From the NCBI GenBank assembly GCA_963977445.1, contig CAXBPH010000064.1, forward strand, positions 1-28,843: 28,843 nt of DNA, read 5' to 3'. How positions within the stretch are numbered: position 1 is the stretch's first letter; every line of letters starts with the position of its first letter. Of this stretch, positions 7,819 through 17,900 are shown one piece after another. A model generated the notes under the pieces. It had not been told where the DNA came from, ran no database searches, and was given only the letters and a program-made list of their open reading frames with translations. Position numbers and translations under genes: made by a program. Origin of the DNA: an uncultured bacterium (GTDB lineage Bacteria; Hydrogenedentota; Hydrogenedentia; Hydrogenedentales; JAEUWI01).

Positions 7819-10818
7819 CTAATCCACAAAAATAAACTCATTGCTGTTCAATATAAGTCGACAGGTCGCCGCCATACCGTATTCCTCGGCATAGGGTACC
7901 AACGTAAACAGTTCATCTTTCGTGGGAGCACGATTCAGGGCGAGTTTAAAGCTCTCAGAAATCTGCTTGGGCACCGTGTGTGCCATCCCTTCAACCCGCT
8001 CCGCAAAATACGCGGCCTGGCGGACGATGCTCGGGTTGTTCATGAGGGACAAGGCCTGAATGGCCGTCAGAGTTTCGTTGCGTACCGGCACGCTCTGGGA
8101 GGGGTCGGCACAGTCCATACTCGTCATAAAGGGATCGGGAACACTGCGCACCACGAAGCGATAAATCGAGCGGCGGAAACCGGCCGGATCGGCGGGGTCA
8201 TACTCCGCGTATTTGTAGCGCGGCGAGTGGTCGTCCTCAAAGACGAAGAGGTCCACACCCGGGCCACCCATGGTCAGGTCCAGCTTGCCGCTCACCGACA
8301 AAATAGCATCCCGTAGCGCTTCCGCTTCCAACTGATGGCGATTCATATGCCACAGAAACTGATTGCTCCCATCCAATGCCGCGAATTTCTCATTGTAGGC
8401 CGAGTCCTGACGGTAGGTGGCACTGGTCACGATCAGCCGGTGTAGCCATTTCAGGGACTCTCCGTTTTTCGTGAAGTTCACCGCGAGCCAATCGAGTAGC
8501 TCCGGATGGGTAGGGGGGGTACCCATCCGACCAAAATCGTTGGGCGTGCTCACGATACCCTGGCCAAAGTGATAGTGCCATACGCGATTGACGATAGAGC
8601 GCCAGGTGAGCGAGTTTTCCGCTTGTGTAAGCCAGTTGGCCAGGGCTGCCCGTCGGGCCGATTCGTCATGGCCTTCGGGAAGGTCAAAACGACTTTCCAT
8701 ACCCGGCAGGCAAGCAACCGTTCCGGGGGACATCAATTCGCCCGGAGTCTTTTCGCTGCCCCGCAGGAGCAAGGGTATAGGCCGGATTTCCTCCGGCGGC
8801 GCAAAATTCCCGATGCGCGCGTAGTGGTTCGTAGCGGCATAGACCAACTTGGGTGCCGGCAGCTCTTCCCATTCGGAATTTAATTCCAGCAACGCCGTGC
8901 TGTCATTCTGGTACGCCACACGCTCCTCGGGGGTCAGGAATCCGAGCTGCACCGTTTCCCTCGCCTTTTTCAGGGTCGTTACCGCATCCTGAAAGGAGGC
9001 CAGCAAGCTTTTTTTCGGGTCGTTTTCGTCAAGTTCGCCAATCCGACTGTGACTGTCGTAGCCATCGACCAGATTTTTCGTATGCCACCGGCCAGCGTCT
9101 ATACTGTCGAGGGCCGTGACCACGCCATCCCGAGCCACATTCTTTCCGGCGCTATATACCTCCAACTCCGCCAGGGCAAACACATAATCTTCCGACCGCT
9201 TCCAGAGGCGGGTGGCCGTGATGCGCACATAGCGAAGCGCCACCTGGTCGACCATCAGATCAAATGGTCGATCCGTACGCGCCGGGTGATCTTCCGCTGT
9301 CTGGTCGAGTAAGACAATGGGCTCGGTGAACTCGGGCGTCAACGACCCTTCCACCTTAAATCGAATGGGAAAACCAAAGCCCGGCGTGTCCGTAAAGTCC
9401 ACCGGTCGCGCGCCAATAAGCCGTATGCGCTCCACAGGGACGACGCTACCCAAATCAACCTGCACCCACTTACTCGTATCTGGATTGGCCACGATGGCGC
9501 TGTGATAGCCGTTGGTCGGACTTCCCTTGGCGCCCAGCTCTTTCAGTCGGGCCTCCAATGGATTCAACGCCGTATCAAGGGTTTCCAAATCGGGCGATTC
9601 CGTTTCTTCAAAGCGTTTGCGATAGCCCGCGACCGATTGCTCCAGTTTTTCCCGCCGTACGGCGAGGGCCTCGCGCTTTTTGTGAACCGCCGGGTCGATA
9701 TCATAGGCGCGGTCGGCCCGATCAACCCCGGCGAAGACGGCCTGCAAGCTGTAGTAATCCTTTTGGGCGATAGGGTCAAACTTGTGGTCGTGGCATCGTG
9801 CACAGCCCACCGTAAGGCTGTTGACCGTAGCCATGACGGTGCTTACCATGTCATCCCGATCGAGGTTCCGGGTGATGGTCTTATCAATGGTCCCTTCCCG
9901 GAGCTCCACATGGCCCACAAAGTCCCACGGCCCTGCGGCAAGAAAGCCAAGGGCCACCGTCGCCTCGGGATCGTCGGGATAGAGGGCGTCTCCGGCGATC
10001 TGTTCGCGGATAAACTGGCCATAGGGCTTGTCTTCGTTCAGGGCTTCGATCACATAGTCCCGATAGGGCCAGGCATTATTGCGTCGTTTGTCTTTGTCGT
10101 AACCATGGGTATCCCCATAGTGGGCCACATCGAGCCAGTGCCGGGCCCAACGCTCCCCATAGCGTGGGGACGCCAGCATCCCGTCCACCAGCCGCTCATA
10201 GGCGTCGGGGCGTTCGTCCGCGACAAAGTTTTCCACCGCTTCCGGCGTGGGAGGGAGGCCCGTCAAATCAAAGCTGACCCGCCGTATCAAGACACGCCGG
10301 TCCGCCTCGGGCGAGGGCGTCAAGCCCCGTGCCTCCTGGGCCTGGCGTACAAACAGGTCAATCGGATTCCTCGACCAGGTATCATTGGAAATCTGGGGCG
10401 CTTCCGTCGTGTTGAGGGGTTCAAAGGCCCAATGCCCCTGCCATGGGGCACCTTCCTCAATCCAGCGGGTGAGGGTGGATTTTTCTTCGGCGGAAAGCTG
10501 TTTTACGCTCTCCACGGGAGGCATCTGCTCTTCCGTGTCATCGGACATAATGCGGGCATGGAGGGCGCTTCCGACAAGATCGCCCGGTGCCACCGCATGG
10601 TTGCCCGATTTCAACAACTCGAAGAGTCCATCCTTCGTGTCGAGCCGCAGCCCGGCCTTCCGCTTTTCCGGGTCGGGTCCATGGCACGCGAAGCACTTGG
10701 AGGACAAGATGGGCAGGACATCGTTGGAAAAGCTGACGGCCCCCTCCGCGGTGAAGGCCGTAGCGCTGAAGAGCACAGCAAGGCTCCCCGAGACAAGCAA
10801 TTTATGTGGATAATACAT
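7819..10818 (-). CDS. Planctomycete cytochrome c + DUF1549 + discoidin (F5/8 type C)-like + DUF1553 protein
   Basis: Signal peptide; CFACH and CARCH haem motifs; LIRRVSFDLTGLPP, YGERWARHWLD, NRVWHYHFGQGIV.TPNDFG, HPELLDWLA, LEAEALRD; WVQVDLG...LAELEVY insert. Confidence 0.92.
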   Translation of the reverse strand: MYYPHKLLVSGSLAVLFSATAFTAEGAVSFSNDVLPILSSKCFACHGPDPEKRKAGLRLDTKDGLFELLKSGNHAVAPGDLVGSALHARIMSDDTEEQMPPVESVKQLSAEEKSTLTRWIEEGAPWQGHWAFEPLNTTEAPQISNDTWSRNPIDLFVRQAQEARGLTPSPEADRRVLIRRVSFDLTGLPPTPEAVENFVADERPDAYERLVDGMLASPRYGERWARHWLDVAHYGDTHGYDKDKRRNNAWPYRDYVIEALNEDKPYGQFIREQIAGDALYPDDPEATVALGFLAAGPWDFVGHVELREGTIDKTITRNLDRDDMVSTVMATVNSLTVGCARCHDHKFDPIAQKDYYSLQAVFAGVDRADRAYDIDPAVHKKREALAVRREKLEQSVAGYRKRFEETESPDLETLDTALNPLEARLKELGAKGSPTNGYHSAIVANPDTSKWVQVDLGSVVPVERIRLIGARPVDFTDTPGFGFPIRFKVEGSLTPEFTEPIVLLDQTAEDHPARTDRPFDLMVDQVALRYVRITATRLWKRSEDYVFALAELEVYSAGKNVARDGVVTALDSIDAGRWHTKNLVDGYDSHSRIGELDENDPKKSLLASFQDAVTTLKKARETVQLGFLTPEERVAYQNDSTALLELNSEWEELPAPKLVYAATNHYARIGNFAPPEEIRPIPLLLRGSEKTPGELMSPGTVACLPGMESRFDLPEGHDESARRAALANWLTQAENSLTWRSIVNRVWHYHFGQGIVSTPNDFGRMGTPPTHPELLDWLAVNFTKNGESLKWLHRLIVTSATYRQDSAYNEKFAALDGSNQFLWHMNRHQLEAEALRDAILSVSGKLDLTMGGPGVDLFVFEDDHSPRYKYAEYDPADPAGFRRSIYRFVVRSVPDPFMTSMDCADPSQSVPVRNETLTAIQALSLMNNPSIVRQAAYFAERVEGMAHTVPKQISESFKLALNRAPTKDELFTLVPYAEEYGMAATCRLILNSNEFIFVD

Positions 10819-11001
10819 ACGCAGTGTTCAAACTCCCGACAATTAGGTTAGCCCCAATATACACCGGGCGCACAAGGGGTTCAATTGCCCGGGGGTGTGG
10901 AAGAATACGTGCCTCTTGACCATTTGTGGTCGGTCGGACCAGCGGGCTACCATGGTCGCTGAGCACAGACTTCCATCGTCACCATTTCAGGAGAGAAATT
11001 G

Positions 11002-14000
11002 ATGCATCGTATGCTGCTGACCCTCGTTTTGGCCCTGGGGGTTTTCTGCCCCGTCCACGCCGAATACACCACGGGTGCGGAACGTCTCGAGTCCGAGCAC
11101 GAGCTCTCCATGGAATACGAAACGCCCCACACCCAATGGGCCAAGCCCTACGCCCAGGGCACCATCCGCGTCCTCTATATCTGTCCCTACTACCAGGGTA
11201 GCACCGAAGGCCGCGAAATTATCGAGCTCATGCAGCGCTTCGACATCGAGGCGGATGCCATCTACTTCCAGAAGGGACCTAACCGGCTCTTGGGTGATGG
11301 GAACACCCGATGGTATGTGACCGATGCCGTCGGGACCGAGCGCGCCCTCCGGCTGCTCGAAACGCCCTATGATGTCATCCTGCTGAATCAAGTAGCCCTA
11401 TCCGAACTGAACGACGCCGTCGGCACCGCGCTGAAAAACGCCGTAGCCCAGGGAACGGGCCTGGTCTATGTAGGGGAAGCATCGGACTGGACCCCAGGTG
11501 ACACGATCCCCGTTGAAGACAGTCCGCAAGCCTGTTGTGCTGAGTCCCTCGCAACCTTCGGCAAGGGCCGGGTAGCCCGCATGAAGCCACGGGAACCCAT
11601 TCCCTATGGCTACGGCTGGGAGTGGGCCGTGGATCGCGCCATGGAACGGCAGGGCAGGGCACTGCTGTGGGCCGCAGATCGCGCGCCATCGGCAGAGTTG
11701 CACTTACTGTATGTTGTCGTGTCGGAGAGTGCTAATGAGCTTTGGGTTGATCGCGCAGGGGCGTCGGAAGGCATGGATGGCAATCTGGACCTGCGCTGGG
11801 GGGAGGTGGAGCCGGGCAGCCGTTTGGAGTGGACCATCCGCGATGACGCTGGGGTTGTGGACGAGGGTACCATCGAAATCGCGGAGCCAATGGGATCCTT
11901 TGTCGTACCGTTACCCCTATCGCGTGTCCGCGATTTCCGGGTCGACGCCGTTCTTTGGCTTAACGACAAAATAGTCGCCTGGGATACCGTGGAGCCACCC
12001 GGTGTTTCTCAGGAGTCAGAGATTCTGATCTCGCTGGGGAAAAATGCGGTGGAAGTCGACGAAAAAATTACGGGGACCCTGAACGTATCAGATATAGACG
12101 GCGGCGATACCGTGCGTATTCGCCTTCTGGATAACAAGAACAATCAATTAGCCGAACAAGTTCTTCCCGTTGCTACAGAGGCCTCACTCCCTTTTTCTTT
12201 CGAGGTGGCACCGTGGTATCCCATGTTAGTGCGTATTGAGGCGGTGCTGGAACGAGGCGATCGTGAGTTGGCCCTCGCCCGCGAAGACGTCCGCATCACC
12301 AAGCGCAAGCAAGACCAGTTCAACTTTATCATGTGGAATGTGCCCACCGGCGACCTCGCGCCCTATGGTATCGAGCGCATGGCCCAGCTCGGCGTGACCT
12401 CCATTCTACAAGGCGGTCCGCCGCCACTCGCTCTTTCGGCCAGCGATTTGACCTACGTGCCTTATGTGACGAGTTTTCGCGCCAGCAGCCATACGGTAAC
12501 CGCCATGCTCGATGATGAGGGCATTCTGAAGACCGGCTGTATCCACGACGAAGCCACCATGGCCAAGCAGGTCGCCGACGTCGTTGCCCGCTCTCAGGAA
12601 ACCCGGGAACACGGCACCTATGTCTATTCCCTCGGTGACGAGAATGGGGTGCGGGGCTCCTGTCTGGGACCCCATTGTCTCGTGGCCTATCGCGCGTATC
12701 TAAAGGATATCTATGGCGACATCGGCGCCCTGAATAATTCCTGGAATTCGACCTACACCACCTTCGACGAAATCACCCTCCTGACCGAAGCGCCCCTGCC
12801 GTCCGGCGATGCACCCCAGTGGTTCAAAGAGTACTTCGCCCAACGCACGGTGAAGAATCAGACCGACTCGGAAACCACGGGTGAAGAACAAATTCGCATG
12901 GGCGACATCAACGACGAGATTCGTGCCCTCCAGAATGAAAACTACGCCCGGTGGTATGACCGTCAGGCCTTTCAAAGCTGGAGCTACGTCCAATGGTGCA
13001 AACGCTATGTGAACGCTTTCCGTGAAATTGATCCCCAATCCCTCACGGGCTTTGAAGGTACCGATAGCTTCTCCATTCGCCGTCTCACCACGCGCTCCCG
13101 ACAGGGCGGCGATCTCGACCTCTTCATGCGCGAGCTGGAATACTTCGGGCCTTATCGCGGACCCGCCAATGAGGTGACCCGCTCCCTCGCCAAACCGGGC
13201 TTTCCTGCGGGCAATTGGATTGGATACAGCCGCGATCCCGATGTTCTCCTCATGAACTACTGGAAGCAGGTCCTCGACAACATGTGCGCGGTCCAGTGGT
13301 GGCGTTGGGACAACATGGGGGAGGAGTACCAGCCCTTTCTCGCACCTACTTTGTCGCCCATTGGCGCGGTGAAAGAATTCCTGGAGGATACCCGCGTCAT
13401 TCGTGAGGGTCTCGGCGATTTGCTCATGCACTACACCATGGAGCCCGACGGCATCGCCATGCTCTACAGCATGCCCTCCACCCACATTGCCCACTTCGAC
13501 GGCAACCGGAGTTATGGCGACGAGAGCCGCGATCACGACCGGTGGCACGAAGCCATCCACAATGCCGGCCTTCAATTCGACTATGTGACCGACCGCCAAC
13601 TCCGCCTCGGCGAATTCGACCCCACAAAATACAAGGTCCTCATTCTGCCCCTCGCCTTTGCCCTCGGCGAAAAAGAAGCGGCCGTGATTCGTGACTTTGT
13701 GGCGCAGGGGGGGACGGTAATCGGCGATGTGCGGCCGGGTCTCTACTCGGACCGGTGCAAGCCCTTTGAGGCCGGCATCCTCGATGACCTCTTTGGCGTC
13801 AAACGCACCGGCAAACAAGACGCCATGGAGATCGACCGCATGCGAATCCAGGGCCCTCTCAATGACACCGAAGTCTACATGGAGTGGGGGAACTGGTACG
13901 GCAAAAACGTCTACCCACAGATGCACGTCGATCCCACCGTCGAACTCACCACCGGCGAAGCCCTCGGTTGGGCCTTTCCCATTCACTACCACGCAGGACT

Positions 14001-14769
14001 CAAGCACCCCGTGGGCATCGTGAATACCCACGGCAAGGGCAAAGCCGTCCTCCTCAACTTTGCCGTTTACCAGGCACCCTTTGACGGCCTCCTCCGTGAC
14101 GTACTCGCGGCCAGCGGGATAAAGTCGGCCATCCAGGTCCGCGATACCAATAGCCAGCCAAAGGAGGGGCCAAAATTCGCCGGTATCAACGACGGGGAAA
14201 TAGAAGACGAGACACCCCGTCAATCCCACGACGACGCCGACACCTATCCCCCCGGACTGGAGCTAACCCGCTGGCGCAACGGCGATACGGAACTCCTGGC
14301 GCTCCTCGGTGAACACACCGGCGACGTAACCGTAACATTGCCCGAGCGTCGTTATGTGTACGACATCAAGGCAGGCAAGAAAGTCGGCATGACCGACACC
14401 TTCACCGTCAGTCTGAAAAAGTCCCGTGCCAGCGTCTATGCCCTGCTGCCGGAATCCATGGCGGAGGCAACGATTGATTTTGCCCTACCTCAGGATTCCG
14501 AAAGGTCGACCATGACGATAGGCATCGGTGTTCCAGGCATGTCGGGTGCGAGTGTAATGAAGGTCACCCTCCGCCAACCCGACGGAACACCTGCGCCATG
14601 GCTCCCCAATCACGTGCTCACGGAAAACGGCGTAGGCACGGTGACTATACCCTTACCCTTCGTCCGAGAAACACCGATAGGCATCTGGTCGCTCGAAGTA
14701 GTGGATATGTTGTCCGGTGCCACCACGAAGCAAGAGTTTCTAATGGAGAGTTTCGACCCAGACGCGTAG
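11002..14769 (+). CDS. Large secreted GH42/beta-galactosidase-like protein with trimerisation-like domain
   Basis: Signal peptide; YSLGDENG, YRAYLKDIYGDIGALNNSWNSTYTTFDEI (GH42-like helix motif), IAMLYS, YKVLILP, IRDFVAQGGTVIGD.RPG, LFGV. ATG at 11002 with AGGAG RBS. Confidence 0.7.
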   Translation: MHRMLLTLVLALGVFCPVHAEYTTGAERLESEHELSMEYETPHTQWAKPYAQGTIRVLYICPYYQGSTEGREIIELMQRFDIEADAIYFQKGPNRLLGDGNTRWYVTDAVGTERALRLLETPYDVILLNQVALSELNDAVGTALKNAVAQGTGLVYVGEASDWTPGDTIPVEDSPQACCAESLATFGKGRVARMKPREPIPYGYGWEWAVDRAMERQGRALLWAADRAPSAELHLLYVVVSESANELWVDRAGASEGMDGNLDLRWGEVEPGSRLEWTIRDDAGVVDEGTIEIAEPMGSFVVPLPLSRVRDFRVDAVLWLNDKIVAWDTVEPPGVSQESEILISLGKNAVEVDEKITGTLNVSDIDGGDTVRIRLLDNKNNQLAEQVLPVATEASLPFSFEVAPWYPMLVRIEAVLERGDRELALAREDVRITKRKQDQFNFIMWNVPTGDLAPYGIERMAQLGVTSILQGGPPPLALSASDLTYVPYVTSFRASSHTVTAMLDDEGILKTGCIHDEATMAKQVADVVARSQETREHGTYVYSLGDENGVRGSCLGPHCLVAYRAYLKDIYGDIGALNNSWNSTYTTFDEITLLTEAPLPSGDAPQWFKEYFAQRTVKNQTDSETTGEEQIRMGDINDEIRALQNENYARWYDRQAFQSWSYVQWCKRYVNAFREIDPQSLTGFEGTDSFSIRRLTTRSRQGGDLDLFMRELEYFGPYRGPANEVTRSLAKPGFPAGNWIGYSRDPDVLLMNYWKQVLDNMCAVQWWRWDNMGEEYQPFLAPTLSPIGAVKEFLEDTRVIREGLGDLLMHYTMEPDGIAMLYSMPSTHIAHFDGNRSYGDESRDHDRWHEAIHNAGLQFDYVTDRQLRLGEFDPTKYKVLILPLAFALGEKEAAVIRDFVAQGGTVIGDVRPGLYSDRCKPFEAGILDDLFGVKRTGKQDAMEIDRMRIQGPLNDTEVYMEWGNWYGKNVYPQMHVDPTVELTTGEALGWAFPIHYHAGLKHPVGIVNTHGKGKAVLLNFAVYQAPFDGLLRDVLAASGIKSAIQVRDTNSQPKEGPKFAGINDGEIEDETPRQSHDDADTYPPGLELTRWRNGDTELLALLGEHTGDVTVTLPERRYVYDIKAGKKVGMTDTFTVSLKKSRASVYALLPESMAEATIDFALPQDSERSTMTIGIGVPGMSGASVMKVTLRQPDGTPAPWLPNHVLTENGVGTVTIPLPFVRETPIGIWSLEVVDMLSGATTKQEFLMESFDPDA

Positions 14770-14951
14770 GGATTAGGGGGGCAAGTCTTTGCATGTCCCA
14801 CAGTTGCATAGATTCTAATAGACCCCAGACCGTACATTCTGCTATAACAGCGGACAGAGAGGGTGCTGGCATTTCGGGTGTGTAGGGCCATACCCAGGTT
14901 TACCCCTATTCCAGGGGGGTGAGGTGCCAGGCAGAAGGGCCAATATTCTTC

Positions 14952-17900
14952 ATGAGTCATGTCATCGTTCCAAAAGTCTTTATATCCGCTGTGAGCAGCG
15001 ATCTCCGCGCCGCCCGGAAGGTCGTCAACGAGGCCCTGACTCAAATCGGCTGCCTGCCGGTAGAGGAGTCCATTCTCGGCACGGAATACGGTGAAATTCG
15101 CACCATGATTGAGAGGCGCATGGCCGACTGCCACGCCGTCATCCACCTCGTCGGCCGGGACTATGGGGGCGAGCCGGATCAGGCGACGCTCCCTGAAGGG
15201 CAGCCAAGGCGCTCCTGGACCCAAAGGGAATACGACTTCGCCATCGAACACGACATGAATCTCTACGTTATCGTGTGTGGAGACAACTATCCGTATATTG
15301 AGACCCTTACCGACGAGTCCGAGGAGAAACAAGCGCTCCAGGCCGCGCACCGCCAGCACGTGCTTACAGAAAAACACCTCTACCACGAAGTCGCCGATGA
15401 AGACGCCCTACGACAACGCATAGAGCAATTGCGCGAGCCCGCCGAAGCGTGGCGCGCCGAAATTGAGCGTGAACAGGCCAAACGACGGCGGCTGCTTTAC
15501 GGCGTGATGCTTGTAGGCGTGTTAATCCTCGTGTCTTTGGCAGGTTTCGGCTGGAAAATGGACTACTTCGGTAAAGTTTTGGAGACAATTCCATCGAAAA
15601 CTGCGGCGGAGGTGCTCGACAAGATAGCGGACCCCCAAGAGCTATCCGCGAGACTCCGGCGGCATATCGAAACACGATTCGAAGCCGACCGCGACGCAGC
15701 CCGCAGCCGAGAGGCTAAGTGGGAGGAAATTCGCGATCTAGAGCGCCTTCGTGACGCCGCTCTCGCTCAAGTGGATGGTCTCATTCGCACCATCCAGGAT
15801 GGATTGGCCGGTAAGCCCGATCCCATTTTTGCGGAGGCCTCCCGTATTGTCGTCGGCGAAGGCCCGGAGGCCGCCATCGCCTACCTGGAAAGCCACCGAA
15901 CGAACACACTCGCTCGGGTCGACCAGTTGGCGCTGCAGGAGGAGACCGCCCGGGAAGAAAAGCACAAAGCATTGGAATCCCTGCTCTTGGAAGCGGAGCT
16001 TCTCAAGACCAACTTGCGCTGGGACGCGGCGCAGACGCTCTATAGGAGCATCGCCGACAAGGCTCCTCAGTGGTCCCGGGCCCGCCGGGAACTAGGCAGC
16101 CTGTTAGTTGAGCTCGCGCGATTCGGCGATGCTGAGCTCCACTTAGAAGCGGCTCTCGACCTTGCGGAAAACGAGGACGAGCGTGCTTTGGCGACCAATG
16201 CATTCGGGATTTATTACGTGGAAATTGCCAATTGGATGGAAGCCGAACCTCTGTTGAGACAGGCTCTCGAATATATTGAACAGTCGTACGGGAAGGAGAG
16301 TCCTGAAACGGCTGCGGTCCTACACAACTTGGCTGTCTGTCTGAAGGATATCAATAATATTGAAGAGGCAGAGATATTGATGCGACGGGCACTATGCATT
16401 GACATGGCCCACAAGAGTCCCAACGACTCAGCCGTAGCTCGTGGCCTAAACAATCTGGGTCGGTTACTTGCCCTGACAAATAGGCACAATGAGGCAGAGC
16501 GACTTTTGCGTCGTTCTTTGTCGGAATATGAGGCGCTATACGGATCTAATGATCCAGAAGTCGTTCCTGTTCTCAGTAACTTAGGAGCGCTACTTTTGGA
16601 GATGAACCGTCTTTCGGAGTCCGAGGCCATGATGCGCCGAGCTCTTTCCATTGATGAGCTATCGTACGGGGCCGATCACCCGAGTTTTTCTCGAGATCTG
16701 AATAATTTGGGAACTCTCTACCAGACATCAGGTCACTTTCGGGAGGCGGAAGAATACTATCGTCGTTCACTGGCCATAGATCTGGCGGTCTATGGTTCTG
16801 AAAATAGTTTCGTGGCCCGGAAGCTCGACAATCTAGCGCAACTGCTGAGTTTGACGAATCGACATTCGGAAGCGGAGCCACTCATGCGCCGAGCACTGCA
16901 AATTTACGAAATGGATCTCGGACCAGATCATCCAGACGTAGCCAGATGTATTAACAATTTGGCAACATTGCTTTCGGCCACGGGGCGGCTTCAAGAATCA
17001 GGACCTCTCTATCGCCGCGCACTTTCTATTGATTCGGTAGCATATGGAAGAGCTCACCCAAACGTTGCAATACGGCTAGACAACTTAGCTGGCTATCTCC
17101 AAGAATCGATGCGGCACTTAGATGCCGAAGCGCTCTTTCGTTGTTCCCTTTCTATTGACGAGGTCTCCTACGGTCCAGGCCATCCGAAAGTCGCTACGCG
17201 CCTGAACAACATAGCGCTACTTCTTGTGGCGACCAATAGATTGGAATTCGCTGAGGTTTTGATTCGTCGTGCGCTTGCTATCGATGAGGCATCACTCGGT
17301 GCTTCCCATCTGGAAGTGGCTCGCGACATAAATAATTTAGCGTCACTACTTCTCAGTTCAGAGCGTCTCACGGAAGTAGAACCACTTTTTCGTCGCGCCC
17401 TCTCAATTAACCTCAAGACGTATGGCGGCGAGCATCCGGTTATAGCTGCGAGCCTAAATAATCTGGCCTCACTGCTTTATCGTACGAATCGTTACTTCCA
17501 ATCGGAAGTGCTCTTCCGACGGGCGTTGTTCATTCGCGAGAAATCTTATGGTACGTTTCATCCTGATGTTGGTCAGAGCCTAAATAATCTTGCTTTCCTA
17601 CTTGAGAAGCAAGAGCGGTTCCTATTGGCCGAGATTCTTTATTCTGATTCGCTGGCTGTTTTCGGAAAGTCTCCACCGAGTATGGGGGCCATGCACTCGG
17701 AAATGGTGCTGGCTGTAGAAAACTTTTACCAGTTTCTTAGATCTAGCGATGTGCCTTCGGACGATATTATGCAACGTATCAATAGAGCAATGTCGCAATT
17801 CGATTTAGTCGTTCCTATCGTGCCGGAGGTGGAACGCCTCCTTGGACCGACCAAGCCGGTAGCCGATGTGCTCGTGGCCCTGGATCGCCAATACAAGGTG

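Noticed and set aside
6920..7820. GTCCCT as a target-site duplication of the GxxExxY cassette
   Set aside because: The copies at 6920 and 7815 are at unequal distances from the repeat ends and do not abut them; a chance match is plausible.
9502..14229. Long antisense ORFs (9502-10851 +, 12700-14229 -, and similar ones elsewhere such as 20581-21564 +)
   Set aside because: Shadow frames of well-supported genes, typical of GC-rich codon bias.
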